NCBI RefSeq assembly: GCF_009914755.1
Contig: NC_060942.1
Length of the DNA stretch: 64,000 bases
Strand: one strand, 5' to 3'
From: the human T2T-CHM13v2.0 reference genome, Homo sapiens
The notes under the pieces were generated by a model, which worked only from the letters and a program-made list of their open reading frames with translations, searched no databases and was not told where the DNA came from. A program made the translations under genes and the position numbers. This document shows, piece by piece, positions 26,149 to 41,987 of this stretch; position 1 is the first letter of the stretch, and each line of letters starts with the position of its first letter.

Positions 26149-28348
26149 TCTTTTTATTTTTAATTGATATATAATAATAGTACATATTTAGGTATAGAGT
26201 GATATTTCCATATATGTATACAATATGCAATGATCAAATCAGGGAAATTGGCATATCTATTACCTCAAACATTTGTTATTTCTTTGTGTTGGGTGCATAC
26301 AAAATCTTCTCTTCTAGCTATCTGAAAATAAGCAATACATTTTTAACAACTATAGCCACCCTACAGTGCTATGGAACACTAGAACTTATTCCTTCTATCT
26401 AGCTTTAATTTTGTATCCACTCGCCACCCTCTCCTCATCTTTCGTTCTCCCCTTTGTTTCCCAGCCTCTAATAAACACTATTCTACTCTTTACTGCTATG
26501 AGCTCAACTTTTTTAGCTTCCACCTATGAATGAGAACATATGCTTGCATGTTCTGTGCCTGACTCATTTAACTTAAGATACTCCAGGCTCATTCTTGTTG
26601 CCTAGAATTACAGGATTTTTTTAATGGCTGAATAATATTCTTTTTTCTATATATACAGCATTTTGTTTATCCATTTATCTGTTGATTCTACATTTTGGCT
26701 ATTGTGAATAATGCTACAATAAACACGGGAGTGCAGACATCTCTTTGATATCCTGATTTCCTTTCCTTTGAATATATATATACTTGACAGTGGGATTACT
26801 AGATCATATGATAGTTCTATTTTTAGTTTTCTGAGGAACTGCTATATTAGTTTTCATAAGGGCTTCACTTTATTCCACATCCTCATCAGCATTTGTCATT
26901 TTTTGTCTACTTGATGATAGCTATTCTAACTGGGTTGAAATGATACTTCATTTTGGTTTTGATTTCTATGTCCTTGAAGATTGGTAATGTTGAGTATTTT
27001 TTTTTTCATTTATCTGTTTGCTATTTGTCTTTGTATTTGTATTTGTCTTCTTTTGAAAAATGTCTATTCAGATCCTTCGCCCATTTTTAATCTTTTTTTT
27101 TTTTTTATCTTGACTTGCTGGAGTTCCTTTTATAATCAGGATATTAATCCCTTTTGGGTGAATAGTCTGCAAATGTTTACTCTCATTCCACAGGTTGTCT
27201 CTTCTCTCTGTTAATGATTTCCTCTGATGTGTAGAAGCTTTTTAGTTTGATATAATCCCATTTGCCTACTTTTGCATTTGTCGCCTGTGGTTTTGAAATG
27301 TTACCTATAAAATTGTTGCCCAGACCAATGTTCTAAAGTGTTTTTTCTATGTTTTCTTCTAGAAGTTTTATAGTCTTGGGTCTTACATTTAGGTCTTTAA
27401 GCCATTTTGAGGACATTTTTTGCATATGATGAGAGATAGGGGTCTAGTTTCATTATTCTGCATGTGGATGTCCAGTTTTCCTAGCACTGTTTATTAAAGA
27501 GTGTGTCCTTTACCCAATGATTGTTCTCAGCACCTTTGTCAAAAGTCACTTGGCTGTAAACATGTCTATTTATTTCTAGGTTATCCATTCTGTTCCATTG
27601 GTCTATGTCTGGTTTTATACCTGACATTTACCATTTACCATGACCTGTACCATGCTATTTTGATTACTATATCTTTGTGGTATATTTTGAAGTCCAGTGG
27701 TGTGATGCCTCCAGCTTTGTTCTTTTGGTTCAGGATTGTTTTGGGTATATAGGTTTTTTAGTGGTTTCATGCAAACTTTAAAATTGTTCTTCTATTTCTG
27801 TGAAGAATGTCATTGGTCTTTTAGGAGAGAATGAATTGAATCTGTAAATCACTTTGCATAGTATGTTTGTTTTAACCAAATTAATTCTACCTTCAACAAC
27901 ATCAAATCTCTTTTCATTTTTTTTCTTCTCCTCTTCTATTTCTTTGTGACTGTTTTGTAGATTTTTATTGTAAAAATATTTCACCTTCATGGTTAAATTT
28001 ATTTCTAGTTATTTTTTGTAGCTATTGTTAATGGGATTAATTCCTTGATTTATTTCTCAAGTACATTATTGTGTATAGAAACACTATTGATTTTTCTATG
28101 TTGATTTTTGTATCCTGCAAAATAACTAAATTCCTTTATCAGCTCTAAGATATTTTTGTTGGAATTTTAGATATATATATATATGTAGATATACACACAT
28201 GTGCATATATGTCTATATGTTTTTATATATGCATGTGTGTATATATATGTGTATATGTGTATATATAGGTGCGTGTGTGTGTATATCTATGGATCATGAC
28301 ACTTGCAAAGAGACAATTTAAATGTTTTTTCAATAAGGATGTCATTTT
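26149..28348 (-). mobile_element. L1MA4/5-like 3' UTR plus ORF2 3' part
   Basis: 3' UTR (aatgatcaaatcagggaaattggcatatc) and ORF2 peptides (GRINLVK, IYRFN, PMTFFTEIE); (TA/TG)n tract at 28170-28290. Confidence 0.92.
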
Positions 28349-29269
28349 AATTGGCAAATCATAACTGTATACATTTGGGTATATTATGTGATTTTTTTCT
28401 ATACTTTGTATAGATTTCTTTTTCCATCTAAATTTTATTTCCCAATTATTTCAAATAAAATCATGCATAAATATATAATTTTAAATATATAAAAATATTT
28501 CAAGATGTTACAATATTACTAGATGAATCAAGATGGAGATTATCAATTATTCTTTCAGCCATCAAATAAACAAAAGTAGGGTTCCATATTTCATTTTTTA
28601 AACCCTGCTCATAGCACAATATATGGAACACAGTTATATGAAAGAATGAATTAACAAAAGAAAAAAATTTAGAAAGAATGGAACATAATTCAGAAAGACA
28701 TGTGACTGAGACTGTACTACATGAGAAGAAAAAGGGGAAAAAACGTCATATAACATGAGGCCAAAAATAGGAAAGGTAAGAATATAGAGAATAGTACTTA
28801 TGCATTGATAGTGTATTTGGGAATTATAAAAGATTCCACTTTTAAGCAAGGCCATAGAGAGAGGATGATGGAGAGAAGGATTGAAGGGGTGTGAGCTATT
28901 CAATAATGTGAGCTTTCTATAGTTATTATGACAATCCGTATATATGCTGTTATTCAGATGTCATGAGACTCACTTAATTCAGTGATCACCACAGCCAATT
29001 AGAATGGAGAACTATGGCAGGATTGTTAAATTTTATCCTAGATACAATTATCTTATGACCATCAACAAATATATAAGAAAGTGATATAAATAGCATGCCT
29101 TCCTTCATATCCTGCAGAGTCTATATGTGAGGTAGGTTATAAACTAGTGGATTAAAGGCATTTTATTTTCAATGCGCATGTCAGAATAAATGAACTTTCT
29201 CAAAATATGTGATTCATCACAGAATAATAAAAAATGATTCTCATCCTAATGACAATAAATATATACTAG

Positions 29270-29900
29270 AAGGATTGTCATTTATTCCATGCCTGCTGCA
29301 TGTTCCCATAATTTTTGAAATGCTTTAAATAAATTTTTATATTTATTCTTCAAAATAATCCTGTATGTTAGAAATGTATAGCAGCAGTTTTTACTGCCTG
29401 CATTATTCTCCACTGACCTACAGTGAGCAGTTCAGTGAGAGCTCAGACCCACTCTGGCAGTTTCTCCCTTCACACTGCACTATGCTTGCAGCTTACTGCC
29501 TCAAGACTTACCTGGCAACTAACGGCAGGAGATTCAACTAACTGGAGTACAAGATCTAGTAGATTAATTCTCAGCTGCCCATTCCTCACATGAACAGGTC
29601 TAGGAGGACTCTCAGTTTTACAAAGGCCTTGTGGATTTGAACTTTCATTGTTTATATCTATCAGCTCTTTTTCATTCTTATTCCGTATTCAGCTCTTCTC
29701 ACTCTCTCATTCCTGTTTCCTGTGATCATGTCCCAAATTAAATTCCTGCGCCTTCATCCTCCTCTTAGATTTATTTGATGGGGGAGGAATCTGAATTAAA
29801 GTATAATTGTTATCCAATTTTACATAGGGAGAAAACAAGTTTCAGGTAGATTAAGTGATTTACCAAAGTTTTTCCATTTGAAAAGTGGTAAACTCAATAT
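29270..29900 (-). mobile_element. MIR split by the LTR16 insertion
   Basis: ttcttcaaaataatcctgtatgttag on the left and atccaattttacatagggagaaaac...aagtgatttaccaaag on the right are contiguous in the MIR consensus. Confidence 0.6.
29375..29803 (+). mobile_element. LTR16-family (ERVL) solo LTR
   Basis: 3' end tgatcatgtcccaaattaaattcctgcgccttcatcctcctcttag...gggggaggaatctgaattaaag resembles the LTR16 terminus. Confidence 0.65.
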
Positions 29901-31514
29901 ATTCTTAAGTGAGAGCACAGCCACAGATTTGGAAGACCATTGAGAGGTGTGGGACAACAGTTGTGATACAGGCAAAAGCAGAGGCTTCTCTTCCTATTGG
30001 CAGCTCAAAGTGAGCAAGGGCTAATACTGAGAGTATTGTAATTAGCTGAATGAATGGGTCATCGTAGACAGGAGTGTCCAAGCTGGAGCATACACAGGGG
30101 GCTGGGTCTTAAAGCTCATCTTCCTATGGGGCCTCAACAGAAGAGATTCTCTCTGAGCCAATATATGGTAAAACAGTGATCAGAACTAAGATTTGAGCCC
30201 CAGTGTTTTTGACAGTTATCTATGTTCTCAACCAAAAAGCATAATGATTCTCTTCACTGAAAAGACTGTATCTTAATCCATTCTATAAACTGTAAACTCA
30301 CATATATACAACTCTGTATATAACCTCCCCTCAATGAACTGTTATGAAAAAGAATTACAGTTAAACACAGTGTTTTGGAAAACTAAGAAAGGCAGTTATT
30401 TTGGAAAATATATTTATTATCAAATATTCAAGAATCCCTAAAATGTTTTGAAGCTTCTAGTGTAATTATTGCTTTCTAATGATATGAATGTGCTCTCAAT
30501 TTGATGTCAATGAACATGGATTATTTCTGCATACATAAACTAGATGTTTTCTAAGAAGATTTTTTAGCAGTTACCATTACATAAACAAAGATTAACACAC
30601 TAACATTTCTTGTAGAGTTTATTCAATAATAAGGCAATATAAGTTCTCTGCATAGGAATGCCTTTAATCACTTTATAAAATAATGTGTATGGGACACTTC
30701 TGAAACCAACAGTTCTTGTTCATTTAATTACAGTTTTGTTACTATAATCACCCCAGTAGCCGATGTGTTACTCGGTGGGTGATATTTTCTTCACACCATG
30801 AGATACACACTCACAGTGTTGGTCTCTATTAACTTAATTAAGAAATTACAATTAGGAAAAGAGCTATGCATTGGACATTTATTTGAACACAAAGAGGAAG
30901 TAATGAGAATGAAAGCATGTGTGGTGAGGACCCATTGTCTATGTAAACCTTTCCGGATTACAGAATCAGCAGCTGGCATTTTAGTTATTGTTAAGGACTC
31001 TCTCATTGTCTTTGGCATTTTGAGCACATAAGCACAAATCAATGCCTAAAACATTTTAAAAATGCCTATGCATAAATGCATAAATATATTAATATATGCA
31101 GAAAACAACATTTCACATTAGTTTGCTCTTAGAGGAAGTGGTTGAGACCAATAAATAATGAGTGACATCTGCCTAATTCCATTTTGTTCTAAAGTTTTCT
31201 CTGAGGAAGAAAAAAATCAATCTAGTGTGTTCTTTCAAATGAGAAGTTATATGTATATTCTTCACAGCAGCCATTCTGAAATATATCCCTGAGGGCAAAT
31301 TTGTAATAATATCCAGCTGTTAGTCAAACTATACCCTAAAATGTTCCTACTAAACAATCACATTAAACCAGAAGAAGAGGAAAATATGTATTTTCACAAG
31401 AACTTTTAGGATAAAAGAAATGTGTATTAGAGAATGGAGTTAATTTACATATTTAAAGGGAAGATTATTTGAATAATACAGGTAAAATGTAAGTTATTTA
31501 AAATGACAAATAGA

Positions 31515-31890
31515 GCTCATCACAGTCTGACTCCTATATATTCCCTCAGAACAATCCAGGGATACGATAGTTCCCTAACCACTATGACTTCAAGTCACTA
31601 AGATGCTCTCTCACCTCCCTCTAGTTTTGCCCTCCTGATTTATTTCATATAATGCTCTTTGCTCCCTTCCTAGTTTAACTAATTATTACTTATTTTCAAA
31701 ATTCAAACAGGAAATCACCTCCTCCAGAAAATCTCCCCAAGCCTCTATAATTGGACTAAGCTGCTCCTTGTCTGCTTCTGCTGCCACCTTGGCAGACCCT
31801 TATCATAGGTCTTAAAGTTTTAAGCATGCTTTTTTTCTATATACTGTAAGTTCCTAGTAGATAAGACACTGACTTTGTCAGCATTTTATA
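31515..31890 (+). mobile_element. L2 3' region fragment
   Basis: aaatcacctcctccagaaaatctcccc...ctgtaagttcctagtagataagac. Confidence 0.65.
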
Positions 31891-32994
31891 CAGAGTCAAA
31901 TAAACTATCCTGAGGCTCAGGTGTATGAAAGGCAGTCCTGACTTTGTAATATAATACAAAGCATTTTATATGAGGAAATTAGGCCAGGTTCACATTTATT
32001 TTAGGAAAATGCTCAATCTACAATCATCCAGCCTCTACTTGAACATTTTTAGTATTGTGGAGCTTACAAGCACAGTAGAGAGTTTTGTATTTTAATAAAT
32101 TATTTTATTTTATAAGTGTTTTAGGTATATAGAAAAATTGCAAAGATGGTACAGAGATTTCCCATACACTCCCCACTTGGTGTTCCTGACTATTAACATC
32201 TTACATGAGTATGTCACATGTGTTACAATTAATGAAGCAATGTTGGTATATTATTATTCACCAAAGTCTATAATGTACTCAAATCTCCTTTGTTTATACC
32301 TTAATGTCGCTTTTCTCTTCCAGGGTCTTCTACAGAACACTAAATTTAGTTTAGTTGTCATGTCCTTAGACTCCTCTTGGTTGTGACCATTTATCAGATT
32401 TGCTTCTTTTTGATGACTTTGGCAGTTCTGAGGAGTACTGGTGAGGTATTTTGTAGAATGACCCACAATTGGGATTTGTTTGATCTTTTTCTTATGATTA
32501 GAAAGGGATTCTACAATTTTAGAAGGAAGACTATAGTGGTAAAGTGTCATGGTCATCACATCATTTCAATGATTCATCCTACCTACATGACATATCAATG
32601 ACATATCACTGTTGACGTTGATCTTGATCACAAGGCTGAATGGTATTTATGCTTCTCCACTGAAGCTATCCTTTCCTTCCCGCTCTCTATTCTTTATGGG
32701 AGAAACTCACCATGTGCAGCCCAGATTTAAGGAGTCAGGAGTTATGTTCCACCTCTTTGAGAAGACAGTATTTCATACATTATTTGAAATCTGCATGGGA
32801 ATATTTTCTATTGCCCCCCATTTATTTATTTATTCAATCATTTATTTATACTAATATGGACTCACAGATCTTTATTTAGGGCTTTGTGTTATACCCAGTG
32901 CTCCTTTATTTATTTTATTGCTCAAATCATTTCACCTTTGGACATTGAGAACTCTTTAGGTAACTGCCTTGTTTCGTTGACATACCCCTGTCAT

Positions 32995-32999
32995 TGTGT

Positions 33000-33031
<32 letters not shown>
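32995..33031. repeat. (TG)n microsatellite
   Basis: Direct observation. Confidence 0.95.
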
Positions 33032-34823
33032 CTTTGTGTTTAGTAATTTCTTACTCTCTGCCAGTATAACCTGCTCCAGGTTTCATCTTGTTTGTGTTTT
33101 GGTTCTGTCCTAGATCATCTATTTTTACAAGGAGCTTTGGGTCCTTCTATTGAAGAATGATATTAGAAATAAAGACCTAGCTTCTAGGTGTGTTCATTGC
33201 TACTGGGGTGTCATTGCTTCAATAACTTCTCAGCTGACATCCCATGTATGTAAACATGTCTGTTAATATTTCTAGCTGCAACTATTTTCATCTATATTAA
33301 GCTTTAAGTGAGTGTATGATAATGTCATACTGATACATGACCTAATGGATTATTCCAACCTCCAATTATTATTTGGATAATTCCATCCTCCAGCTATGAA
33401 AATTTCCGCTTTAACAATGATAAATGCAGCTTCTACAATTTGCTGTCCATTTTCCTAATTGTTCAATTCCAGTATAATTGCATAATGGTATCAGAGTTGT
33501 TAACGTACACTTTCATGAGGAAAAAAATGCTTATTAGAGTGCAGTGCTTATATGCAGTTTCTTTTCATTTAGTTTTACAGGCTTCACTCAATTCTATTTT
33601 CTTTGATCAGTTCTCCCCATCCCACTCCTGCTCAATTTATTGGGATTGTTTCATGTATATATAGTAATATAGTTGGATTGTTTTGTCACATTCTGAAATC
33701 CATTCCCAAATCCTAAAATATAATAAGTAATTTTTTTGAGAAATCATATATCAAAGTATATTCTTAATGCTACTAATTTCCATGGATTTTCAAAAACGTG
33801 TTTTATGTGGTAGATAATTACTTCATAAAAATTCTGTGTTTCACTTATTTACCAATTTACTTTTTACAGAATGTTTGAGTCCACCTTTTGTCAATATAAA
33901 AAAGGTTCTATAACCATTTATATGCAAATATTCATGTGGACATATCAAAATTCCTGGAAAATACAATGAAATTATTTTTAGCTTTGTATGAAACTGAAAA
34001 ATTGTCTGCCAAAGTTCTATACCATTTTGCATTCCTATTAGCAATAAAGAACACTTCTTGCTCTCTATTCTCAAAATCATTTGATATTGTCAGGCATTTG
34101 GTATTAGCCATTATAATAATTGTGTAGTTGTATCTCATCGTTGTCTGAATTTAGAATTATCTCATGACAAATAATGTTGTGTATCTTCTTATTTTTTGCC
34201 ATATATACATATGTATATATATTCTTTAGTAAAATATCTGCTCAGATCTTTTGTTCATTTTTAATTTTTAAAAAAATTATGTTGAGTTTTAAGATATTTT
34301 TAAGATTTTTTGAATGTGTCCTTTCCTTAACCAGATATATATTTTGCAAATATATTGCAAATATATTCTCTCAATCTGTAACTTTTCTTTCATTTCCTTG
34401 ATAGCGTCATTTACAGAAAAGTTTTCAGCTATAATAAACTTCAAAATATCAATTATTATTTCATGGCTTATTTATTTGGTGTTCTATCACCAAAGGTGAA
34501 GTTAAGTAGATTTTTTCTTATGTTTTCTTTTAGAATCTTTACAATTACACAGTTTGCATTTAGTTCTTTGATTCATTTTGAGTTGTGTGTGTCGGGGGGC
34601 AAGGTGTGTGTAAAAATTGTAATATCTGTGTCTAGATTCTCTTTCTTTTTTTTTTTCCTTTGGCAAATAGACCTCCATTTTTTTTCCACCACCATGTGTT
34701 GAAAAGAACATCCTTTATTCACTGGATTAACTTTACACTTCTCTCAAAGTTCAATGGTGATATTCATGGGGGGCAATTTCTGAGCTTTCTATTCTGTTCT
34801 GTTGAAATATGTGCCTATTAGTT

Positions 34824-35158
<335 letters not shown>

Positions 35159-36550
35159 AGTATTAATCATAGCACTTTTAAAGTAAGTCTTGAAATCAGT
35201 AATGTAAGACCTCCAACTTTGTTCTCTTTCAATATTGTGTTTGCTACTCTTGACCTTTTGACTTTCTATAAAGCTGTAGAATCTGTTTGTCAGTGTCAAT
35301 AAAATATTCTGCTGGAATTTTTATTATACTTGCATTGACTCCATAGATCAAAATAGAAAGAACTGACTTCTTGACAATATTGACTATTACAATCCATAAA
35401 CATGTAGAGTTCCCTATTTTAGATTTTTTTCCACAATTTTTATATTTTTTCACATATATAGTTTGCACGTATGTTGTAAATATTTCATTTTTGTTGGTGC
35501 TGTTGTGAATGGATTTGTTTTTAACATTTCAAATTTCAATTTTTTTTATCGGTTTTGTAGAAGAAACAATTAATGTTTTACATAAACCTTGTATCATGTG
35601 ACCTTACCATTAAGTCCAACAGTTATATTGTTGATTCTTTGAAATGTTCTAATAGAGAGTCATGTTGCCTGTGAAGCATTTAAATGTTACATTTATTTCT
35701 TTTCAATTGGTATAGCTTCTTGTTTTCTTGTCTTCTTACACTAGCTAGGACTTTCATCATAATACTGGGTTGAAGTGGAGAAAGGTACGTTTCTTTTTCC
35801 TCTTTTTTTGTCTTAGGGGGCACAGCACCTAGTTTCTCCTCATTATATATGATTACTCATTGGAGGTTTTTATAAATTTCTGCATCAAACTTAGGAGTTT
35901 TCAATTTATAGTGTGTTGAAAGTTTTTAATAAGAAGAGAATTTTGATTTTGTCCAAAGTTTTTTAAAATAAACTTATATCATCTTATGTTTTTTTAAAAC
36001 CTGCTAATGTCATGGATAGCATCCATTGAATTCTGAATGTTGAACTAGCCTTGCATTCCTGGAATTAATCCTACTTGGTTATCATATTTTAGTTGATTTT
36101 GAATATGTGTCCTTTGTTAATACGTTGTTGAATTTCATTTGCTGATATTTTTTGAGGATTTCTGCATCTATATTCATATAATATATCAGTTGTTAATTCT
36201 CTTGTAATACATTTGTACCTTTTTGGTATTAAGTTAATGCTGGACCCATGGAATGAGTTAAGAAGTTTTCCTTCTACTTCTGATATAAAACAGTTAAACA
36301 ATCTAGGTATAGTGCATAATTTTGGAATGTTATTCATTATTGATTCAATTTTCTTAGTAGATATAGACCTAGTAAGAGCTTATTTTTCTTTTTGTGTGAG
36401 TTTTGCTGATTATTTCAAGAAAGTGGCCTGTTTGCTGTAACTATTTCAATTTGGAGGTACAGAGTTTTTTCAAACATTTTGAAATATTTTTTAAATCATT
36501 TTAATGTTTAGAAGATGAAGAAGTAGTCTCATTTTTTTCACATAAAATCG

Positions 36551-36633
36551 CTCTCTCTTTCTCTCACTCTCTCCCTCTCTCTCCTCTCTCTCTCACACAC
36601 ACACACACACAAACAAACACACATACACCACAC
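36551..36633. repeat. (TC)n(CA)n compound microsatellite
   Basis: Direct observation. Confidence 0.9.
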
Positions 36634-37719
36634 AGTTGCTCTCTCTTGCTTGCTCTTTTTTCTAGTTAGTCTAGCTAGGGTTTTATTCATTTTTTTAGCC
36701 CTTTCAAAGGACTAGATTTTGGGTTTATTTATCTATTATTTTTCTGTTATCAATATCATTGTTTCTGCTCTCATTTATATTATTAGATTTATTCTACTTT
36801 TTTAAAAACTAAATTTATCTTCTTTTGCTAGTTTTCTAGAGACATATACATTTTCTAGATCTTTGTTCTTTTTTATTATACACATTTAAGTACATAATTT
36901 TTTTATCTAACTACTGTTATATATCCATTCCCCAAGTATTAATGTTTGATAAATTTTAGTAACATTTTCCCCTAGATTAAAATATATTCAGTTTCCCTTA
37001 TTTGGCCATTAAGTTCTGTGAATTTTATTATGTAATTTAAAAATATGTTGGAGTTTTTCAACATTTTTGGTATGCTTTTTTTCTTGATTTCTATGTTAAG
37101 TTTAATTCAATTAAAGTAGAAAAATATTGCAGTCTAAAAACATACTTTGTATGAGTTTTAATCTTTAAGGTATTTAAGGTATGCCTTAAGTCCAAATGCT
37201 GTCTGTCTTAGTAAATATTTAATGTGAGCTTGAACAGAGTGTATATTCTGCTGTTGTTAAATGAAGTATTCTATAAATGTTAATTAGCTCAAGATAATTG
37301 AGAGTATTATTCAGATCACATGTACTACATTTTTAAAATATACTCAAATTACTGGAAAAAAAATTTTGAAGTTTCCAGCTTTAGTAGTGGAATTGTCTGT
37401 TTCATCTTGCAGTTCTACCCATTTTTGCCTCATATATTTTTATGCTTTGTTGTTAGGTGCATATAAGTTAAGGATTGTTATGTGTTATGAAGAATTGATC
37501 CCTTTATCATTTACATAATGCCTATTTTTGCATTTGAGTATTTTCATTGTTCTGATATCAGCTTTGCTTAAATTATTATAGTTATTTTAGCTTTTCTTTG
37601 GTTAATGATATCTTTTCTCATCCAAATTCTTTTAACCTCTGTTTTAATATTTAGAATCAATTTCCTTAAACAGCATATAGTTGCAACTTAATTATTTTAT
37701 TAAATATAAAATTGGATTA

Positions 37720-38073
<354 letters not shown>

Positions 38074-38249
38074 CTATATAACTAGATTAATATCTGCCAT
38101 GTTTACAACTATTTTCTATACATTTAATTTGATTTTTGCTTCCCCCTTTCCTCTTTTTCTTCCTTCTCTGTTTTTAATTAACTATCATATTAACCCATTT
38201 TATCACCCATCTGATATAAATTATAGTTACTTTTTAAAAAATAGTTAAA

Positions 38250-38505
38250 AAGTACCACCTGTTCTGACATATAAATGGGAGCTAAATAATGAAAACACAA
38301 AGAGGGAAACAACAGATACTGTGACCTACTTGAGGAAAGAGGGTAGGAGGAGGGACAGGATCAGAAAAAATAACTATTGGATACTACGCTTAGTACCTGA
38401 GTGAAAAAATAATCTGTGCACCAAACCCTCCTGGCATGAGTTTACCTACATAACAAACCTGCACATGTACCCCTGAACCTAAAATAAAAGTTAGAAAAAG
38501 CAAAC
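38250..38505 (+). mobile_element. L1PA13/14-like terminal 3' fragment
   Basis: ggatcagaaaaaataactattgg...aacaaacctgcacatgtacccctgaacctaaaataaaagtt. Confidence 0.9.
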
Positions 38506-38825
38506 AAATACTTCTTAGTTTCCATTCTTTCTTCTCCTCCTGGTTTTAAAATTGTTGGATACTCTGTTTTGCTTTTTGTGTGTTTTTTTTTTTTTTGTCT
38601 CTCATATTGGGAATTTCTATTGTTCTATTATCAAACTGATTTATTCTTCCATTGGACATGTACATAACTGATTTGCCCATGAAAGCCATTCTTCAATTCT
38701 GTTCCAGCATTTTATATTGCCAGCATTTTTTTGATTCTTCTTTGCAGTTTGTATGTTTCTGCTTATATTACCTATTTGTTATTGCATATTGTCAACTTTT
38801 CCAGTAGAGCCCTTATTATACAAAT

Positions 38826-39106
38826 TTCATTGATTTATTTATTTAGACAGAGTCTCACTCTGTCACCCAGGCTAGAGTGCAGTGGTGCAATCTCAGCTTG
38901 ATGCAACTTCTGCCTCCCAGGTTCAAAGGATTCTTGTGCCTCATTTTCCCAATTAGCTGGGATTACAGATGTGTGCCACCACACCTGGCTAATTTTCCTA
39001 TATTTAGCAGGGATGGGGTTTCACCATGTTGGCCAGGCTAAGGTGATTTGCCTGCCTTGGCCTCCCAAAGTGCAGGAATTACAGGTATGAGCCACCGTGC
39101 CTGGCC
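38826..39106 (-). mobile_element. AluS (Sx/Sz-like) with a small left-arm deletion
   Basis: Antisense Alu ending ctggcc; about 20 nt missing near 39040. Confidence 0.95.
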
Positions 39107-40425
39107 TATAGTCATTTAAATTCCCTGTGTGATAATTCTAACATCTGTGTCATATCTGAGTCTAGTTCTAATGCTGGTTTTCTCCATTAGGACTTCTTTT
39201 TTTTTTTTTTTTTGGCTTTTTGGCATGCCTTCTACTTTTTGGTTGAAAGCTACACATTTTGTATCAGATTTAGGAACTGAGGTAAGTTGCCATTTAGTGT
39301 GAAGTTTTATTTCATCTGGCTAAGTGTTTGGCTTTGTTTAATGTTTTCAATAGTTGCAGCTACCATAAGCTTTGAATATATTCAGTGTCTTTGTTTTTGA
39401 CCTTGGGCTTCACTATATATTCTTCCTCAGCAACAGGCTGAAACTTGTAGCTGTTATTGCACTTTTGTACTGAGCCAATTGATGTGCTGGTAAGTTGTGT
39501 GGGAGGTGTGGGAACTGTAATCGTATGAAAAAATCTTAGTCTTTAATGAGTCTGTGTCTCTGGGCTGTAAGCTTCACAAGTTTTTCTCTAGTCCTGTATC
39601 CTTCCTTAACCCACCTCCCCAGTTTTAACTTAGCCAGAAAGGCTAGACCATGCTAGAATATGAGGATAAATTCCCCACAGTTGGAATAAGACTCTGGTAT
39701 TGTATTTTCCTTGGAGAGCAGATTTTGTTATGGAAAAAGTTCTGGGTATAGTCTCTAATGATCACTCTTCCCTTACCCTTGCTAGATACATAAGAATATA
39801 ATCTCATTTTTATTTGTAAGAACATAATGGAGTTCATGGAGAAAATCTCATGAAAATGTGGGATTCGTTATAAGGTTGGAGCAACCAGTTGTTTCTTTCT
39901 TCCATTTTTATCCACACTTGCCTTTGAGATATATGTCAAAATCAATATTTAATTGTCCTACTAGTTTAGGGCTCTAGTGGCTTCTGTCCCAGGTAGGCAG
40001 ATCTCACTGTGATTATCTGCATTTTTCCATCTTTCCAAACTTGCGGGTGATAGTCTGCTGTGCAAGTGTAGTTCTCTGATATATCCAAGAAGAGCTGTTG
40101 CTTTTCAATTAGTTCAGCTTTTATCTTGTTGTAAGTATGGAGTGACAACTTCTAAGCTCTTTACATTTTTCAAATGAAGCTGGTTCTCCAGAGTACATTT
40201 TTGAGGATAAAATTTTCTTGATTGGTATTACATTAAATTAAAGGTAATCTCTCTTACATTGCATCAGGGATTTCAAACAAATCTCTAGATTCAAAATTAG
40301 GACAGTTCCTCTTCCTTATACACTCTTTCAAATATTAAAGATAATGTTTTCTCCCCAGTCCTTTATTTTCCTCACCACAGTTACTATTCCTACAGATATT
40401 CATTACTCACGTGTCTTCCTTGTAT

Positions 40426-40689
40426 CAATAATGTGCTGGAGCTGACTTTTATCAGTCTAGGAAAGCTGATTCTTAAATTTTCAGAAATCGTTGTGAGCTG
40501 GTTGTCAAGAACATCATTATTAAAAGTGGAATAATATGCATTTAAAATTCAATATTTAATTATTGTTTATAAATGTTATGACATATTTCCTTTATATTAG
40601 TAACATTTTAATAGAATTATGTATGTAAATATAAATATAATTTTCTTTTCAGATTTACAGTTGTTATGTATTTGCGCACCATATCCCTG
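40426..40689. mobile_element. MER63-like hAT DNA transposon remnant
   Basis: tgtgctggagctg...aagctgattcttaaattttcagaaat...gagctggttgt...cattattaaaa matches the MER63 left end; degenerate right end. Confidence 0.7.
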
Positions 40690-41987
40690 TACTGTGCATG
40701 CACTTTAATTACTAATGTCCTGCATTATATGAGATCCAATAAGAATAACGAAACCCTCAGGACACCTCTCATTGCTAAATAAATAAGCTATTGTCCTTTT
40801 TACAAATGTAAACCCTCTTTAGAAAGGTTTAAAGTAAATTCAATGAGCATTGGATTGCATTAGATTTGTTTCTCAGAAAGCTTTCTCTCTGTCTCTACCT
40901 CCCACTGTCACTCAAACATGATTGATAGAGAATTTGAGTAATACATTCAGTGTTACCCACTCTAACTATAATGAAGCAAATCAGGTTTTATTTTCTTGGT
41001 AGTACAGATTAAATGTGTTTCCTACAGTCCCATTTTCAGTCTTTTATACAAGTTCAAACATATTGACTAGACCTTTAAGCTTAATCTATAACTCTTAATA
41101 AGTCAATATATACAAAGAGTGATAACTAAAAAGGACAGGATAGCATTTGTCTTAGAACAGAAATCTTTTAGTTATTAAATATTCTTTAGGGCCTAATTGG
41201 TTTTTCTAAGGTGACATTTCAGGTTAAATAATTAATATATTTAAATTTAATTTTAGATTTTTAGGCATTATAAATTATTTTAGATGAGCTAAATATATCT
41301 TTTTTGTTGTGATGTTTCAAAGGTCAGTAAGTGAATTTTCAATCTTCTAAGATCATTTTTCCAATGTTGTAAGCAGCACAAAGTCAAATGATCTTCGATA
41401 CATTTCCTTTAATTAATTGAAATTGCTGTCAACCTATTGGATATTCAGGAGATTATATTTTACCAAGACCAGCATATATAATCAACTTTTCAAGATATCT
41501 ATTTGTATAAAATATGTTTTCTTTTACTTTCTTAAATAATTTATTGCATACATTAAATACCAATCCTTTATTATTCTTTACTAAGATATTTAACTTTAAG
41601 GCTACTTTTCTGAAATTATCAATATAAAATATGCTTATGAATTACTATTATTTATTGTTATCATAATAACAGCTCAATATTGCTCACAGTAATTTACTTA
41701 TTGTTTAGTAAACCAAGGTTTTCAGTGCTTTTCTTACTAGGACTTTGTTTTCTGGTTTGTCTTAGGATAGTCAGTGTGAAAGGGTGACTCCTTATTCTCT
41801 TTCCTGTGAACATTATACTTCAATTAGTGTTACTCAAAATGGCATTATATTTATGGCAAAACTGGCTTATATTTACTATATTAAACAATCAATAAACATT
41901 GTTACAGATTGTTCTCAACAATGAAAGCCACATTTCTAAGTTGCTCTTACAGAGTTTTTCACAATTAATAGTTATATGGGTGTCTAT

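Noticed and set aside
30747-30783. Small hairpin atcaccc...ccga...tcgg.gggtgat
   Set aside because: Stem is too short and interrupted to exceed chance
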